Under the pieces are notes generated by a model, which did no database searches, was not told the DNA's origin, and worked only from the letters and a program-made list of their open reading frames with translations. Below, one piece after another: positions 11,945-24,577 of a DNA stretch of 64,000 bases; the first letter of the stretch is position 1; the number at the start of each line of letters is the position of its first letter. The stretch is from the NCBI RefSeq assembly GCF_009914755.1, contig NC_060927.1. One strand, 5' to 3'. Both the position numbers and the translations under genes were made by a program. This DNA is from the human T2T-CHM13v2.0 reference genome, Homo sapiens.

Positions 11945-12475
11945 AGTAGTTCTCAAACTTGGCTGCACATTTGCTATAGAATGGAAGTTTATGTCCTCCT
12001 CAAATTCGTATGTTGATGTCTAATCCCCACTATGATGGTATTTGAATGTGAGTCCTTTGGGAGGAGATTGGGTCATGAGTAAAGCCCTCATGAGTGGGAT
12101 TAGTGCCCTCATAAAAAGAGATATGAGAGAGCTCACTTCCTCTTTCTCCCCTCTCAGACAGGTGAAGACAGAACAAGAAAACAAACCAAGAATTTCCCCT
12201 CACCAGCCACCAGCTCTGCCAGCAACATGATCTTAGACTTCCCAGCCTCCGTAACGGTGAGAAATAAATGTTAAAGCCACCCAGTTTGTGATATATTTGT
12301 TTTAGCAGCCCAAACTAAGACATCATTGAAATCACCTGGGGATCTTTTAAAAAACTACTGAAGCTATTTTCTCTACCCCACCACCACCATCAGAAATTCT
12401 AATTTAGTGATTCTGAGGGCAGACTGGACATTAGGACTGTTATATAACCGCAAATGATTCTATGGGGAAGCAACC
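11945..12475. mobile_element. MER5A (hAT) split by an MLT1A LTR
   Basis: AGTTCTCAAACTTGGCTGCACAT resumes after the insertion as GAAATCACCTGGGGATCTTTTAAAA. Confidence 0.75.
11972..12322 (+). mobile_element. MLT1A/MLT1A0 MaLR solo LTR
   Basis: TGCTATAG...CAAATTCGTATGTTGA...GGGATTAGTGCCCT...AGCAGCCCAAACTAAGACA; near-TSD ACATT / TCATT. Confidence 0.88.
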
Positions 12476-12527
12476 TAGTAAATGTCTAATCTAGAATGCA
12501 TGAAAGTTAGAAAGCAAAAGGAAAAGA

Positions 12528-12556
12528 TCTCTCTCTCTCTCTCTCTCTTTCTCTCT
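12528..12556. repeat. (CT)n microsatellite
   Basis: Seen directly. Confidence 0.9.
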
Positions 12557-12629
12557 GCTTTCTTGCCTTTGCTTTTTGAATTTTTTCTTTGTGAGTCATG
12601 TTAAAAAACTATGAGGACATCAAATAAAA

Positions 12630-12805
12630 TAATGGCTAACATTAACTAAATACCTACTGCTTTTCATCACTTAAACTGTGCTTTATCTTTACTGATCAAT
12701 TTAATTCCTCTAACAACTCTTGAGGCAGGTATTGTGAGGCTCCATGTGAGGACACATTACCTGGACAAAAAGGTTAACTAACTTAGCCAGTTTACTCAGT
12801 AAGAG
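12630..12805 (-). mobile_element. MIR SINE
   Basis: TTTAATTCCTCTAACAACTCTTGAGGCAGGTATT...GGTTAACTAACTTAGCC. Confidence 0.6.
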
Positions 12806-12949
12806 ACACACCAGTCTTCTCGATCCTGCTCACACAAAAACTAAAGTTGGACACAACTGAACCTGAACTTGGCAGAAAAGTCTAGTGGTTCCTAATGCTA
12901 GATGAACACTAGAATCTCATGGTAAGCTTCCAGAAAGCCCCCCTGCTAT

Positions 12950-15125
12950 ATTTTAGTGGTGTATACTTGATACTAAACACTTGTCAAAACCCACGTAAGT
13001 TTACAGCTCAAATGCTGAACTTTAATGTATGTAAATTTAAAAAATCAATTCAGGAGGTCAGAGGGTTCCAAGATGGAATGTAGACGGTGACTAAGGAATC
13101 TAACTGTATTACAAAAGTATGCATAACCGCACCGAAGGAGGCAGAGAAACAAGGTGCTGATCTAAGTTTTTTTGGAATTGAGTAGGCTGAGACTGAAGGC
13201 AATAGGAAGTGTGCATAAGCACTGCACTTTAATTGGTAAAGTTACTTCCTACAAAAGCACAATCTAACAATTCTGAAACCACTCTACATGTATATAGGGT
13301 TGAACAAGTATTTAAATAGATGCTGAACAGTGCCAGATTTCTCACTGTTGAAGTGGGAGGTTATAGATGGGCAAGGGGAAAAAAGTACAATGGTCCACGT
13401 AGTAATGGATTCAAGTAGGAGACATCAGTATGAATTCAGGTTACTTTTAATGTAGATATGTATGTGTTCACAGGTTAATAGTGCCAACGTATATTTTCTT
13501 TTTTAAAACTTTTTTATTTTTAATTTTTTTAATTTTACTTTAAGTTCTGGGATACATGTGCAGAATGTGCAGGTTTGTTACATAGGTATACATGTGTCAT
13601 GGTGGTTTGCTGCACCCATTAACCCATCATCTAGGTTTTAAGCCCCACATGCATTAGGTATTTGTCCTAATGCTCTCCTTCCCCTTGCCCCCCACCCCCT
13701 GATAGGCCCCAGTGTGTGTTGTGCCCCTCCCTGTGTCCATGTGTTCTCATTGTTCAACTCCCACTTATGAGTGAGAATATGCAGCATTTGTCTGTCTGTT
13801 CCTGTGTTAGTTTGCTGAAAATGACAGCTTCCAGCTTCATCCATGTCCCTGCAAAGGACATGTACTCATTCTTTATTATGGCTGCATAGTATTCCATGGT
13901 GTGTATGTGCCACTTTTTTTTTTATCTAGTCTGTCATTGATGGGCATTTGGGTTGGTTCCAAATCTTTTCTATCGTAAATAGTGCTGCAATAAACATACA
14001 ACATATATTTTCTAGTTCTGTCTACTGACAAGTCTTAGAAGCACCAATAACACCCCAGAAGCAGTGAGCACACTAAGTGCCCAGATACTGGTTTCCAGTT
14101 CCATTCTCCAATAAAAGGAACCTGGGCTTCTTGGAGAAATGGCTGCTTCTAAGGCTGGGGCAGGGAATACGCAAGATGTGCCTGGCTGGTGTTTAAAAGA
14201 CAAAATGATGGAAGCATATAAAGGGGACACAGAAGCCAACTAAAACAGCTCTCAATGGTCAAAGCTGAAACAATTTGAGCAGCAAAATAAATAGCTTAAT
14301 GTTGGAGTATAATCCAAGGTATAAGTAAATATTTTGAGCCCACGTGGATATAAACCGATGATTGAATATGTACATAAATAAGTGGGGAGAATAGACAAGT
14401 CTCCCAATTACAGTAATTCCGAATAATTTACGTAAATATTTCCCCCTCAAGGAGTTGGAATATCACTCCCCTTCCCTTAATTGTGAGTTGCATATAATAA
14501 CTTTCTTCTAGAGAGTGCAGTATAAAAAAGAAGAAAGGGTACCTTACAGTGAAGAAATCTGACAAACACCACCTCAGCTAAGTAGGTGATCAAGGTCAAC
14601 ATCAACAATAATGTCATGTAAATGTCATTTATTCCTGATGTGAGGTGATAAGAATGGCACTTTTTCTCTGCAGTCTTCCTCCTAAAAACCTGTAACCTCA
14701 ATCTAATCATGAGAAAAGACATCAGGCAAATCCCAACTGAGGGAGATTTTACATAGTACCTGAGCAGTACTCCTCAAAACTGTCAAGGTCATCAAAAACA
14801 AAGAAGTATGAAAAACTGTCACAGCCAAGAGGAACTTAAGGAAACATAATAATTAAAGGTAATGTGGTATGTGGGATGAGATCCTAGAACAGAAAAAGGA
14901 CATTAGATAAAAACTAAAAACATCTGAATCAAGCATGGGCTTTAGCTAATAATAATATATGACTTTTGAATCATTAACTGTAAAAGAAAGTATTAATATG
15001 AGATGGTAATAATAGGGGAAATTGGGTATGGGGTATATAAGAATTCTCCGGACTTTGAAACTTTTTGTGAAGGTACATTATTCTAAAATTAGAACTTATG
15101 TGAAAAACAAGCAAAGAAAATAAAA
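12950..15125 (+). mobile_element. L1MC-type (L1MC3-like) 3' end, interrupted by an L1PA
   Basis: CCATTCTCCAATAAAAGGAACCTGGGCTTCTTGGAGAAATGGCTG and CTCCTCAAAACTGTCAAGGTCATCAAAAACAA hallmarks. Confidence 0.85.
13500..13998 (-). mobile_element. 5'-truncated L1PA (PA7/8-like)
   Basis: TTTAAGTTCTGGGATACATGTGCAGAATGTGCAGG...; 15-bp TSD CAACGTATATTTTCT (13485-13499) / CAACATATATTTTCT (13999-14013). Confidence 0.95.
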
Positions 15126-15490
15126 CAGAATATCTATCTACCGGAACACCTTCAGAGACTCAGATTTAATTTGTCTGGGGTGAGCAGAGCTTGAGTGCTT
15201 GGTAGCTTTTAAAAGAGCCCCAGGCATTTTTAATAAATATCTAATAAGAAATGATATCCATCCAGTTTGCTAATCCCATGGCACAACTTCAGGCCCTAAG
15301 ATATCCCTTTTCAGCCCAGAGATCTGTACTCTTCCCTATAGCTTATTGCAACCAATAATCAGCAAAACTATTTTCATTTTGTATGAAAGTTCCGGAGAAG
15401 CTGAGCATAAGAGCATTGAAAAAACTCTTGGAAAACATTACTAAATTTAATAGAATGCCTTGATGTGAATTAAAAACAAGAAAAAATCTT

Positions 15491-15793
15491 GCCAGGTGCG
15501 GTGACTCACGCCTGTAATCCCAGCACTTTGGGAGGCCGAGGCGGGCGGATCATGAGGTAGGAGATCGAGATCATCCTGGCTAACATGGTGAAACCCCGTC
15601 TCTACTAAAAACACAAAAAATTAGCCGGGCATGGTCGCGGGCGCCTGTAGTCCCAGCTACTCGGGAGGCTGAGGCAGGAGAATGGGGTGAACCCGGGAGG
15701 CGGAGCTGCAGTGAGCCGAGATCGCGTCACTGCACTCCAGCCTGGGCGACAGAACTAGACTCGGTCTAAAAAAAAAAAAAAAAAAAAAAAAAA
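15491..15793 (+). mobile_element. AluY
   Basis: GGAGATCGAGATCATCCTGGCTAAC and GGAGAATGG..GTGAACCCGGGAGGCGGAGC diagnostics, many CpGs retained, long pure A tail. Confidence 0.95.
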
Positions 15794-15797
15794 TTCA

Positions 15798-16377
15798 TGT
15801 AGTCCCCTTATCAACTGACCCTCAAAGGGCCTCGCTTGACCCTGATGGTTTTTTTTTTTCCCCGTGCCTGGTGCCTTTCACACTAATATAAGGAGACCAG
15901 GTTTGGCAAAACAGTGCAGAAATTCCATTCATTGATCAAGTAATGGAGAACGGGAGCTCATGCTCAAAGCACCTTCTCCCTGGAAGCAGAGTAAAGGGAA
16001 ATTTTTAAGGACTTTTGGGCAGGTAGGTGGAGACAGGGGTGGGGATTCCTTGAAAAAAGTTTGTTCTTCCAGGAGGGGTTAAGTATGCGCAGTCTTGCAT
16101 TTTCTTTTGCATTGGCACTTTTTGCACCCAGCAAGGTACATTTCTCCCCACTGGATGGAAATGTTGGTATGAGAAAGAGGCAAGAAATCAGGTCAGGTCT
16201 CGCACTGAGGCAGAAGTTCAGGTGAAGGCAGCATTTCTGGGCTTAGCTTGTCCTGCAGGTGGTTCCTGGTTATTGGCATCTGACTGTTGTTTCTGTAAGC
16301 AAGCATAGCTACAAGCATAAGTTAGTTTCAGGGGTTTTGTGCCTTCCTGAGAGAATCTGAGTTATGCTGTGGTAACA
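15798..16377 (-). mobile_element. Probable ERV1-class solo LTR (subfamily uncertain)
   Basis: TG...CA ends, GC-richer block, GGAGAACGGGAGCTCATGCTCAAA and ATGCGCAGT motifs resembling MER-group LTRs. Confidence 0.5.
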
Positions 16378-16771
16378 GGTGACGGTTCCTTAAATTTGAA
16401 AACCGAACAAACAAGAAGACTTAGAAGTTATTAGCTGAAACTATGATTCAGAAGGATAATTCAATCCCCAAAATTATGGTGCTTCAAAGGTGGCAACTGA
16501 AATAAAAGTGACTACCTGTATTTTTATACAAGTTACTTGTGGCCAGCTGTTTTTTCTATGCAGATATGGGGTTCTCATTTCACAGCAGATCCATATTACA
16601 GGCAGAAACAAAAATGACAGAATCATAAACCTTTGAGATTATCCAGTCTAGTGGTTTCCCTCTGTGCTACATATTTCTTGGGAGGCTTCCTTGATGTTTA
16701 GGGGAAGATAGAGTGGAATGAGTTCCGTGAATCCGCTCTGCTTCAATCACAGATCCAATTTAACCAATTGT

Positions 16772-16814
16772 TTGTGTGTGTGTGCATGTGTGTGTGTATG
16801 TGTGTGTGTGTGCA
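16772..16814. repeat. (TG)n microsatellite
   Basis: Seen directly. Confidence 0.9.
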
Positions 16815-17169
16815 TGTATTAGAATGTTCTCATGCTGCTAATAAAGACATACCAGAGACTGGGTAATTTGTAAAGAAAAAATGGTTTAAATTGACTCAAT
16901 CTACGTGGCTTGGGAAGCCTCACAAGCGTCACAGAAGGCAAAGGAAGAATAAAGTCACGTTTTACATGGCGGCAGACAAGAGGGCTTGTGTAGGGAAACT
17001 CTGATTTATAAAGCCATCAGATCTCATGAGACTTACTCACTACCAAGAGAACAGTATAGGGGAAACCACCCTCATGATTCAGTTATCTCCACCTGGCCCC
17101 ATCCTTTACACTTGGGGATTATTACAACTCAAGGTGAGATTTGGGTGGGGACACTGTCAAACCATATCA
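16815..17169 (-). mobile_element. THE1 (THE1C-like) MaLR solo LTR
   Basis: TGTATTAG...GCTAATAAAGACATACC..GAGACTGGGTAATTT...GAGATTTGGGTGGGGACAC...AAACCATATCA; TSD GTGCA / ATGCA. Confidence 0.93.
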
Positions 17170-18669
17170 ATGCATGAGTGCATGTGTGTTTCAATGTAAG
17201 ATTACATGTAAACAAAGATTTCTAATGCTAAGAAAAGCATTTAATCCACCAAACTAGTTCAGTTTCCTCAATTTACAGAGTAGATTCCTGAGGCTCCAAA
17301 AGGTGAAGTGTGTGTCATTCTGATGCCCAGTTCTGTGTACTGTATACAAGTAATGATATCTCACTTTGCTCTCAACATGAGTGTCAATGATGGTAGCAAA
17401 TTTAAACTTTTAAAGGTCTTGTATCTTTCTCTTTCTAATAAACAGGTGAGCTCAGTTTATGAGCTGAAAACCATTCAAATACTATCAATAAATTTTATTA
17501 TTTATGTCCTTCTCCCTTCCACCACAAATATCAGATCATGTAGCTTGGAATTTGTTTTAAAGAACAAGTTTTATTATTTTTCATTGGCTTTGGATGCCAG
17601 TTTCAGTTAGATGTTGAACCCAATTTAAATAATACACACCTACATGTCAGTCTTCCATATCTGACTATGCTGATTCCAGCAGTAAAACGTGTTCTGTTTT
17701 CCCAACAGTGCTTAGAAATTGGAATGTTTTGCCAAATGTGGGTTGTGTTCTTCTCTATAAGGGTGTGAGTTATGTTCTTCTCTACTAGGGAATGTCTTTT
17801 TGCCCACACTCTTTTTTTAAAGAGACTCAGACCAGGTCTAAACCAATTGGCTTTCTCTTTGGAGTAGCAAAATTGTCAGAATATATTGCAGAAAACTCTG
17901 GGCAAATGGCATGTTAGAAAGATTACCTATTCAACACAATAAAGCTTGAAGCAAATCAACTCCAATGAGATGAGTCAACTCCCTATACTCAAGGGTGCCC
18001 TTGGCAATAACTTTTGACAAACCTACCAATGCACAAAGAGCTTTGCCTGTCAGGTAGATATGCTTTGAAAAGCTTTAGTGCTTGAAAAACCCTCAACTAC
18101 ACAAACACAACCATGCTTTTTATTATTGCCAGTTTCTTTATATGGCTGAGGAGAGAAAACACTACTGTATTTTTTTTAAACCTATAACAAGATAGAACTA
18201 GCAGATAGTTATGGCCCTGAGGTGACTTAACTATATAACTCTTTCAAAAGTTCTCAAGACTAAATTACCTTTAGTTTTTGACTCAGCATTTTACAAGCTA
18301 ATACTAGAACATCTACTTAGACATTATTAAAAACCCTTGAGAGAACTGTAATCATGTTTCTGGAAATTTTTGAAAGAATTCAAAATGTCTACAAAGAAAA
18401 ATACTGGGCACTGTAAGTACATTTTGTTAAAAATAACATTTAATTTAACTCAACAGGAGTTGAATTTTAGCTTAGAAGTAAAAATTAGTGAGAGAGTGGA
18501 GAGAAACAGCAAGGCTTCACCGATTAGGAATTGAGTACCCACATACATGGATTTTCTACTAACTGAAACTTACACATGTATACATTACGTTTTTTGCAAA
18601 GACGAATAATTTTTAAGTACATATACATACTTTTCTGTACAATTACATCATTAGTATGATTAGCCATTT

Positions 18670-18900
18670 GTATTTTGAGCCTTCACGTGTCTGGGTTCAA
18701 ATTCCAGCTCTGTAACATGCTAACTCTGTGACCTTGGGCAAGCTATTTAACATCTCTGAGCCTTGGAGTCCTCATATATAAAACGAAAATAATTACAGTA
18801 TATATCCCATTAATTTGTTGCAAGTATTAGAATAAAATTGCCCATGCAGATCACTTAGGTCCTGGTATTGAGTATAAAAGAAACACTTGGTAAATATTAG
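18670..18900 (+). mobile_element. MIR SINE
   Basis: CTGGGTTCAAATTCCAGCTCTG...TGTGACCTTGGGCAAG...TCTCTGAGCCT. Confidence 0.85.
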
Positions 18901-21896
18901 ATATTTTTGGTGTTGCTGTTCTTATGGTAATGATTTAGTATACAGCCCTCTCTTATCCTGGCCGAAGTGTCAGCGATTTCTTTTCTTGCATTTTTCATTA
19001 TCCCCTGACTCACCTTCCTTTCCCAAATCCTTTCAGCCTCTGCTTATAATCTGTCATGGATTGGAAAACTAGAAAAAACAGTTTACAGAGTATAACAAAC
19101 TTTGGAGGAGTTAATCGACTCTAAGTAAAAGAGGTAAGCCTGTAGCTGTAACATAGGACTTAAGGGTAAGTCTTTTGGATCTGAGTCTATTTTTATATTT
19201 AGAGTTTGGGAATTTGTTATTATAGCAGTTTTTGGAAATCTGGTTTATTGTTAAATGTGGTAAAAGTATACACATACAACTATATGATTTATCATTATGT
19301 ACAGCCTATACATTTTGTTTTGGCAATACGAAGGTTTTCATTTTATTTTAAGATATAATAATTACTTAATTATAGCTTTAAGACAACTGAAATAAAAGAA
19401 TTATCATTTTTATATATCTAAAGAATATTACAAATAGAGTTTATTTTTCTTAACAAATCAATATTCCAACAGCTTTTAAAATGACTTGACAAAAGAGAAG
19501 AAAGGCTTTCCACTAATCTCACCATTTTAACACATAGATTATTTCCAGTTTTGTGCTTTCCCTTCTAATTCTTATGCATAAGCAAACAAACTCATATCAT
19601 TCTGATCAAAGAACACAGTTTTTAAAAGGCTAAGGACATTATGCTTTTCCCACTATGGGTCTGAAACCCTTTAGCCTGAACATAATACATCTGAAAGTAA
19701 AGAATTCCTCTCAAACATGAACTCAATACTTAGCCAACAAGGAAACAAAAGATGTCTCGTTTCCAGTAGATTTATTGGTTTCAGGCAGTGAACAAAGAGG
19801 AAGAAGAAAGACATATCTTACAGATGGTGGTAATAAATATTTCAAATGAAATCCTCTTCAGACTGTTTCCTTCTCAACCATTCCACTTAAGCATATTTTA
19901 ATCAGATACCGATACTATTATTGAATTAAAGACCACAAAATCATTTTTCCTTGAAGTTTATTTGCATCACACAGTAACCAAACAGGAAAATAAATTAATA
20001 TTCTGAAAAATGATAATAATCAATTAGCATATATACACACATGAATTGGAACACTGGAAGTTTAAATTTTGTCAATAATTTCTTTTTTAAATTTTAAGGG
20101 ATTTTCCTATGGTCTGCTAGCAAGTTTTTGGTTGTTTTCATAGTTTTATTTTATTATATCGTACTTATTTATAATAATAGTTTATTTTCACTGAGTTGGG
20201 AATAGGTTTGGCTTCAGTAATTATGTTCAATAATGTTATTTCTGAAATACTGGATGTTTTAGACTGACAAAATCCTGAACTAGAAATTCTCATATGTGTA
20301 TATAATGGAAAAACGATGAAGCATACTACTGTTTTTGTTTAGGGATAGGAGAAGACTCGTTTCTCTTTGAATGCTGGTGTTTTCCTAATTGTTCATTATC
20401 AAATGAAAAAGAGACAAAATAACTACATTAAAACCATCAATAATTTAGAGAGTTCTTAAGAAAAGGGTCCATCATATTATAATGATCCATGTCTAAAAAG
20501 AAAACTATAAAAAATTTTACAAGTCATTTCATCTACATTTGGATTTTCATTTGCTTTTGGTATACTCACATGGTTGTACTATTTGAGTGGCTGATACAAA
20601 TCAATATGATTTGTAGTTGGACAAATTGCTAACGTTCCTACCCTGAGAGTTCCACAAGCTCTATAGTGACCATGAAGGGTTTGGGCCTGAGAAATGCTTG
20701 CTTTTGTGTTACGGGTCTGGGAAACACATGTCTGAGTTTTGCTCCTACCCTTCCCTGTTAGTTTCTTGCCTTCCCATTTCTCCCCGTTGGCTTTAATTTT
20801 TCTGACTTTGGCGTTGCTGCATGATCTTGACCATCTTAATTCCTGATGGGGCCTTTATTTAGTAGTTTTACCTTTCTGTTTTTGACCCTGCATTGGTATC
20901 AAGTCAACAAGAAATCACTGTTCAGAGAGAAAAGCTGCAACCCCTCCCTCTAGCAGATTTCTTCTTTAAATTGTCCGTAAATCTATTTGCTTCATTGGTT
21001 AATAAATGGTTTAAAATCTACTTGTATCCCTGAAGCTTACATCAATGATTCTCTGGCCCACTGAAAATGACTCTCTGGTTCCCCACAATAAATCCATTAA
21101 GCAGGCATATTTCAGGCCACAAGGTTCTGATAAAGTGAGTCCATGATGAAAATGTAATTAGACCTGAATTGTTCCGACTCCCGAACCATCCATAAATATA
21201 AAATACCTGCTTTTCACAGCTCCTTGTCCTCTACCTTTCCATATTGAAATTGACAGCTGCTATACAATCTGCAAATGAAAGAACCTATATTTGATAACAT
21301 TTATTCTTTGGGGCTTTGAGAAAAAAAAAAAGGCTCCATTAAGCAGCATTTTTGGTTTGGCACTTACATAGGCTAGTTTGATTCTTATTTCCAGGTCACT
21401 CTGCATCATCTCATCTCAACCTTGACTTGGGAATTACTAAAGGAATCAAACTACAAGGCTCTTATTCCTCTCATAGGTTACTGTAGAAATAGTGGTTGAC
21501 AGGACTGATGTCAGTCCAGCTAACTCATGATTTATTGCCTCCTATGGAGAGAGTAATGCAATAAAACCTTAGTATTAAAGATCCTGCTGCATTTTATTCT
21601 GTTGTCACTATTTAGTCATTGCTTGTGCTTTCCCTCTAAGTTCTCTGCCTGCCACTTCCCTGTTTTCTTCATGACAAGACCATTTTACAACCATTTATTG
21701 TATGCCTCTACTAGTTGGATGATAGAGACTCATCCAATGATAAGAAAGACAAAAGACATGGCTAAAATCCACAGAATAAATGAAATCACTGTTGCACAAT
21801 ATAAATGAACTGTGTTCATTGAGCATTGGTGAGCAGGTAGGTAGGAGGAACACAGAGGAGGTCACAGTGTGAAATAATCCAATGAAAAACTGACAT

Positions 21897-22259
21897 CATG
21901 TTCATTTTTGTGGCTGAGTAGTATTCCATTGTGTATATATACATTTTCTTTACTCATTTATCTGCTGTTGGGCATCCAGGTTATTTCCCTATCTTAGCTG
22001 TTGTGAATAGGGAAGAAATAAACATGTGGTGCAGGTATCCCTTTGACATACTAATTTCCTTTTCTTTGGATAAATACCCAGAGTAAAGGGATTGCTGGAT
22101 AGTATGATAGTTCTATTTTTAGTTGTTAAAGAAACCTCCATATTGTTTTTCATCATGGCTGTACTAATTTACATCCCCATCAACAGTTATAAGGAACCAT
22201 TTTCCTCTGTATCCTCACCAGCATTTGTTATTTTTTGTCTTTTTGACAATAGCCATTCT
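21897..22259 (-). mobile_element. L1MA inverted 5' segment
   Basis: TTTTTGTGGCTGAGTAGTATTCCATTGTG...GACAATAGCCATTCT is antisense L1 ORF2 3' region. Confidence 0.88.
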
Positions 22260-22727
22260 CATTCAACATGGATGGCCTGGAGGACATTATGTTAAACAAA
22301 GTTAAGTCAGGCACAAAAAGATAAATATTACACGTTCTCACTTATATATGAAAGTTAAGAAAGAAATTTTGAGCTCATGGAAGTAGAGAGAATTGTGGGT
22401 ATTAGAGGCTGGGAAAGGCATGGAGAAGGGAGGTCAGGGAGAGGTTGGTTCACAGATAGAAAGTTACTGCCTGGTTGGAGGAATGAGTTCTGGTGTTCTT
22501 CAGTACTATAGGGAAAATATGGTTAACTCTAATTTATTGTATATTTTCAAAAAGCTAGAAAAGGGGATTTTGAATGTTCACAACATGAATAAATGGTAAA
22601 TGGTTGAGGTGATATTCTAATTACCCTGATTTGATCATTATTCCTTGTTTACATGTATCCAAATATTACTCCATATCCCTTAAATATGTATAATTATTAC
22701 ATGTCAACTGTAAATAAAAGGAAACAC
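22260..22727 (+). mobile_element. L1MA 3' end (sense half of the same insertion)
   Basis: CAACATGGATGGCCTGGAGGACATTATG...AATTACCCTGATTTGATCATT..A tail; TSD AAAACTGACAT (21886-21896) / AAAACCGACAT (22728-22738). Confidence 0.88.
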
Positions 22728-22906
22728 AAAACCGACATAGCAAACTACCAGTACAGGTGGTAGGAAAGCAAACCATGGAGGCTGGCTTTGGAGAATGGAT
22801 CTGTATTTAGATTGAGCCATGACAACATTGCAGGATAACCTGGACTCTCAGAACACAGTGTCAAGATGGGATTTTAGGCATGAAACAAAATAAGAAAAAA
22901 TGTCAT

Positions 22907-23407
22907 GTAGAAGGCTGATTATAAAAATAGACACCATTATTTCTGCCTTCTTGTATCCATGCTGTGTTCAGTATGAGTCTTCACTTCTCTCATTGAGAAG
23001 TGGAGCCTTTTTTTCCATCTATTAAATCTGGGCTGGCCTCACAGCTTGTGGCTTGATTCAGCCAACAGAGTATCACAGAAGTGATATCAGCTGGTTCCAA
23101 GCCTAAACATTAAAAGAGCTTGCCTGCTTCCTCCTGCTCTCTTCAAGCTCTTCCTGCTGCCAGGTGAATAAGCTCAGGGAAGTTTGCTGGAGAGCAAGGG
23201 ACTCTGTGGGACAAGGGTATTCATACTTTCTGAAGCTGTCCAGCCCATCCTTAGCTGATCACATATTCATGACTAAATCTAACCAAGACCAGCAGGACTT
23301 CTTATTCCAAATTGCTGACTGATAGAATTGTATACTTAATAAATGATACTGATTTGGGCTACTAAATGTGGAGAATGTTTATTACGTGTCAATAGCCAAC
23401 AGCTACA
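22907..23407 (+). mobile_element. MLT1F-like MaLR LTR
   Basis: GAGAAGTGGAGCC...AATCTGGGCTGGCCT...TTCCAAGCCTA...CAATAGCCAAC. Confidence 0.7.
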
Positions 23408-23779
23408 ACTCCATTTATAGGGAATAGCGGTTGTTCAGAATTTAGATTGTGTGTTAGAAGGCTAGATCCTGACCACTGGAAGAAGAGTCCATTCAATATC
23501 AGCTATGAAACCAAAATAATACTGAATGAAAAGATTTTAGTTCAGTAGTCCATTTCTTTTTCCAGAGTATCAGGCTAGTCCAAGAACTTAGAATAGGCAT
23601 AACAGCCATAGCTCTAGACTCCAGAGTATGGAAGAAATTATGGGGATTGCTATTTTAAGAAGTATTTTGAGAAAACCAAGTCAAATTAAACTATCTTTAT
23701 TTATTAAACACTGTACTAATAAGGAAAGGTGACCCAAAAGAAGTCAAATGGTGGTTCTTTTCTTCAAGATTTTAAATAC

Positions 23780-24515
23780 TAGGTAAGGATTTTGCTAATC
23801 AAAAATTGTTGTAAAACAAAAGATAAAAAGTGTTGGCAAGAATACGAAAAAATCGGAATTCTTTTAAACAGTTGTTGGGAATGTAAAATGTTATCGCCAC
23901 TATGGAAAATGCTATGGAGGTTCCTAAAAAAACTGAACAATAGAATTACCATAAGATCTAACAATCCAACTTTTGGATACATAACCAAAGAGAGTGAAAT
24001 CAGGATCTCGAAGAGGTATCTACAATCCCCATATTTATTGAAGCATTATTCACAATAGCCAAAATGTAAAAACAACCTAAATGACCATTGACAGATGAAT
24101 GAATAAAGAGAATGTTGTATGTACATACAATGGAATATTATTCAACCTTAAAAACAAGGAAATCCTGTCATATGCAGCAACATGCATGAACCTGAAGGAC
24201 ACTTTGCTAAGAAAATAAGCCAGGCACACAAAGATAAATATTGCATGATTTCAATTATATAAGGTATCTAAAATAGTCAAACTCATAGAAACAGACAATA
24301 GAAGGAGGATTACCACGGCCTGGGGACGGGAGAAATGGGAGGTTGCAGTTCGATGGGTGTGTAGTTTCAGTTATGTAGGATGAATAAATTCTAGCGATCC
24401 ACTGCACAACATTGTGCCTATAGTTGACAATGCTGTATTGTGAACTTAAAAAAATTGTCAAGAGGATGGATTTCCTGTTAAGTGCACTTACCAAAAAATT
24501 AAAAAAAAATGCAAA
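23780..24515 (+). mobile_element. L1MA8/9-like 3' end
   Basis: ATTCACAATAGCCAAA...GACAGATGAATGAATAAAG...CAAACTCATAGAAACAGA...GTTAAGTG..A tail. Confidence 0.9.
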
Positions 24516-24577
24516 AGAAGATCCGTGTAAACACATATGATTTTCAGCCAATTTTTCCCACATTGACATAGATTTAT

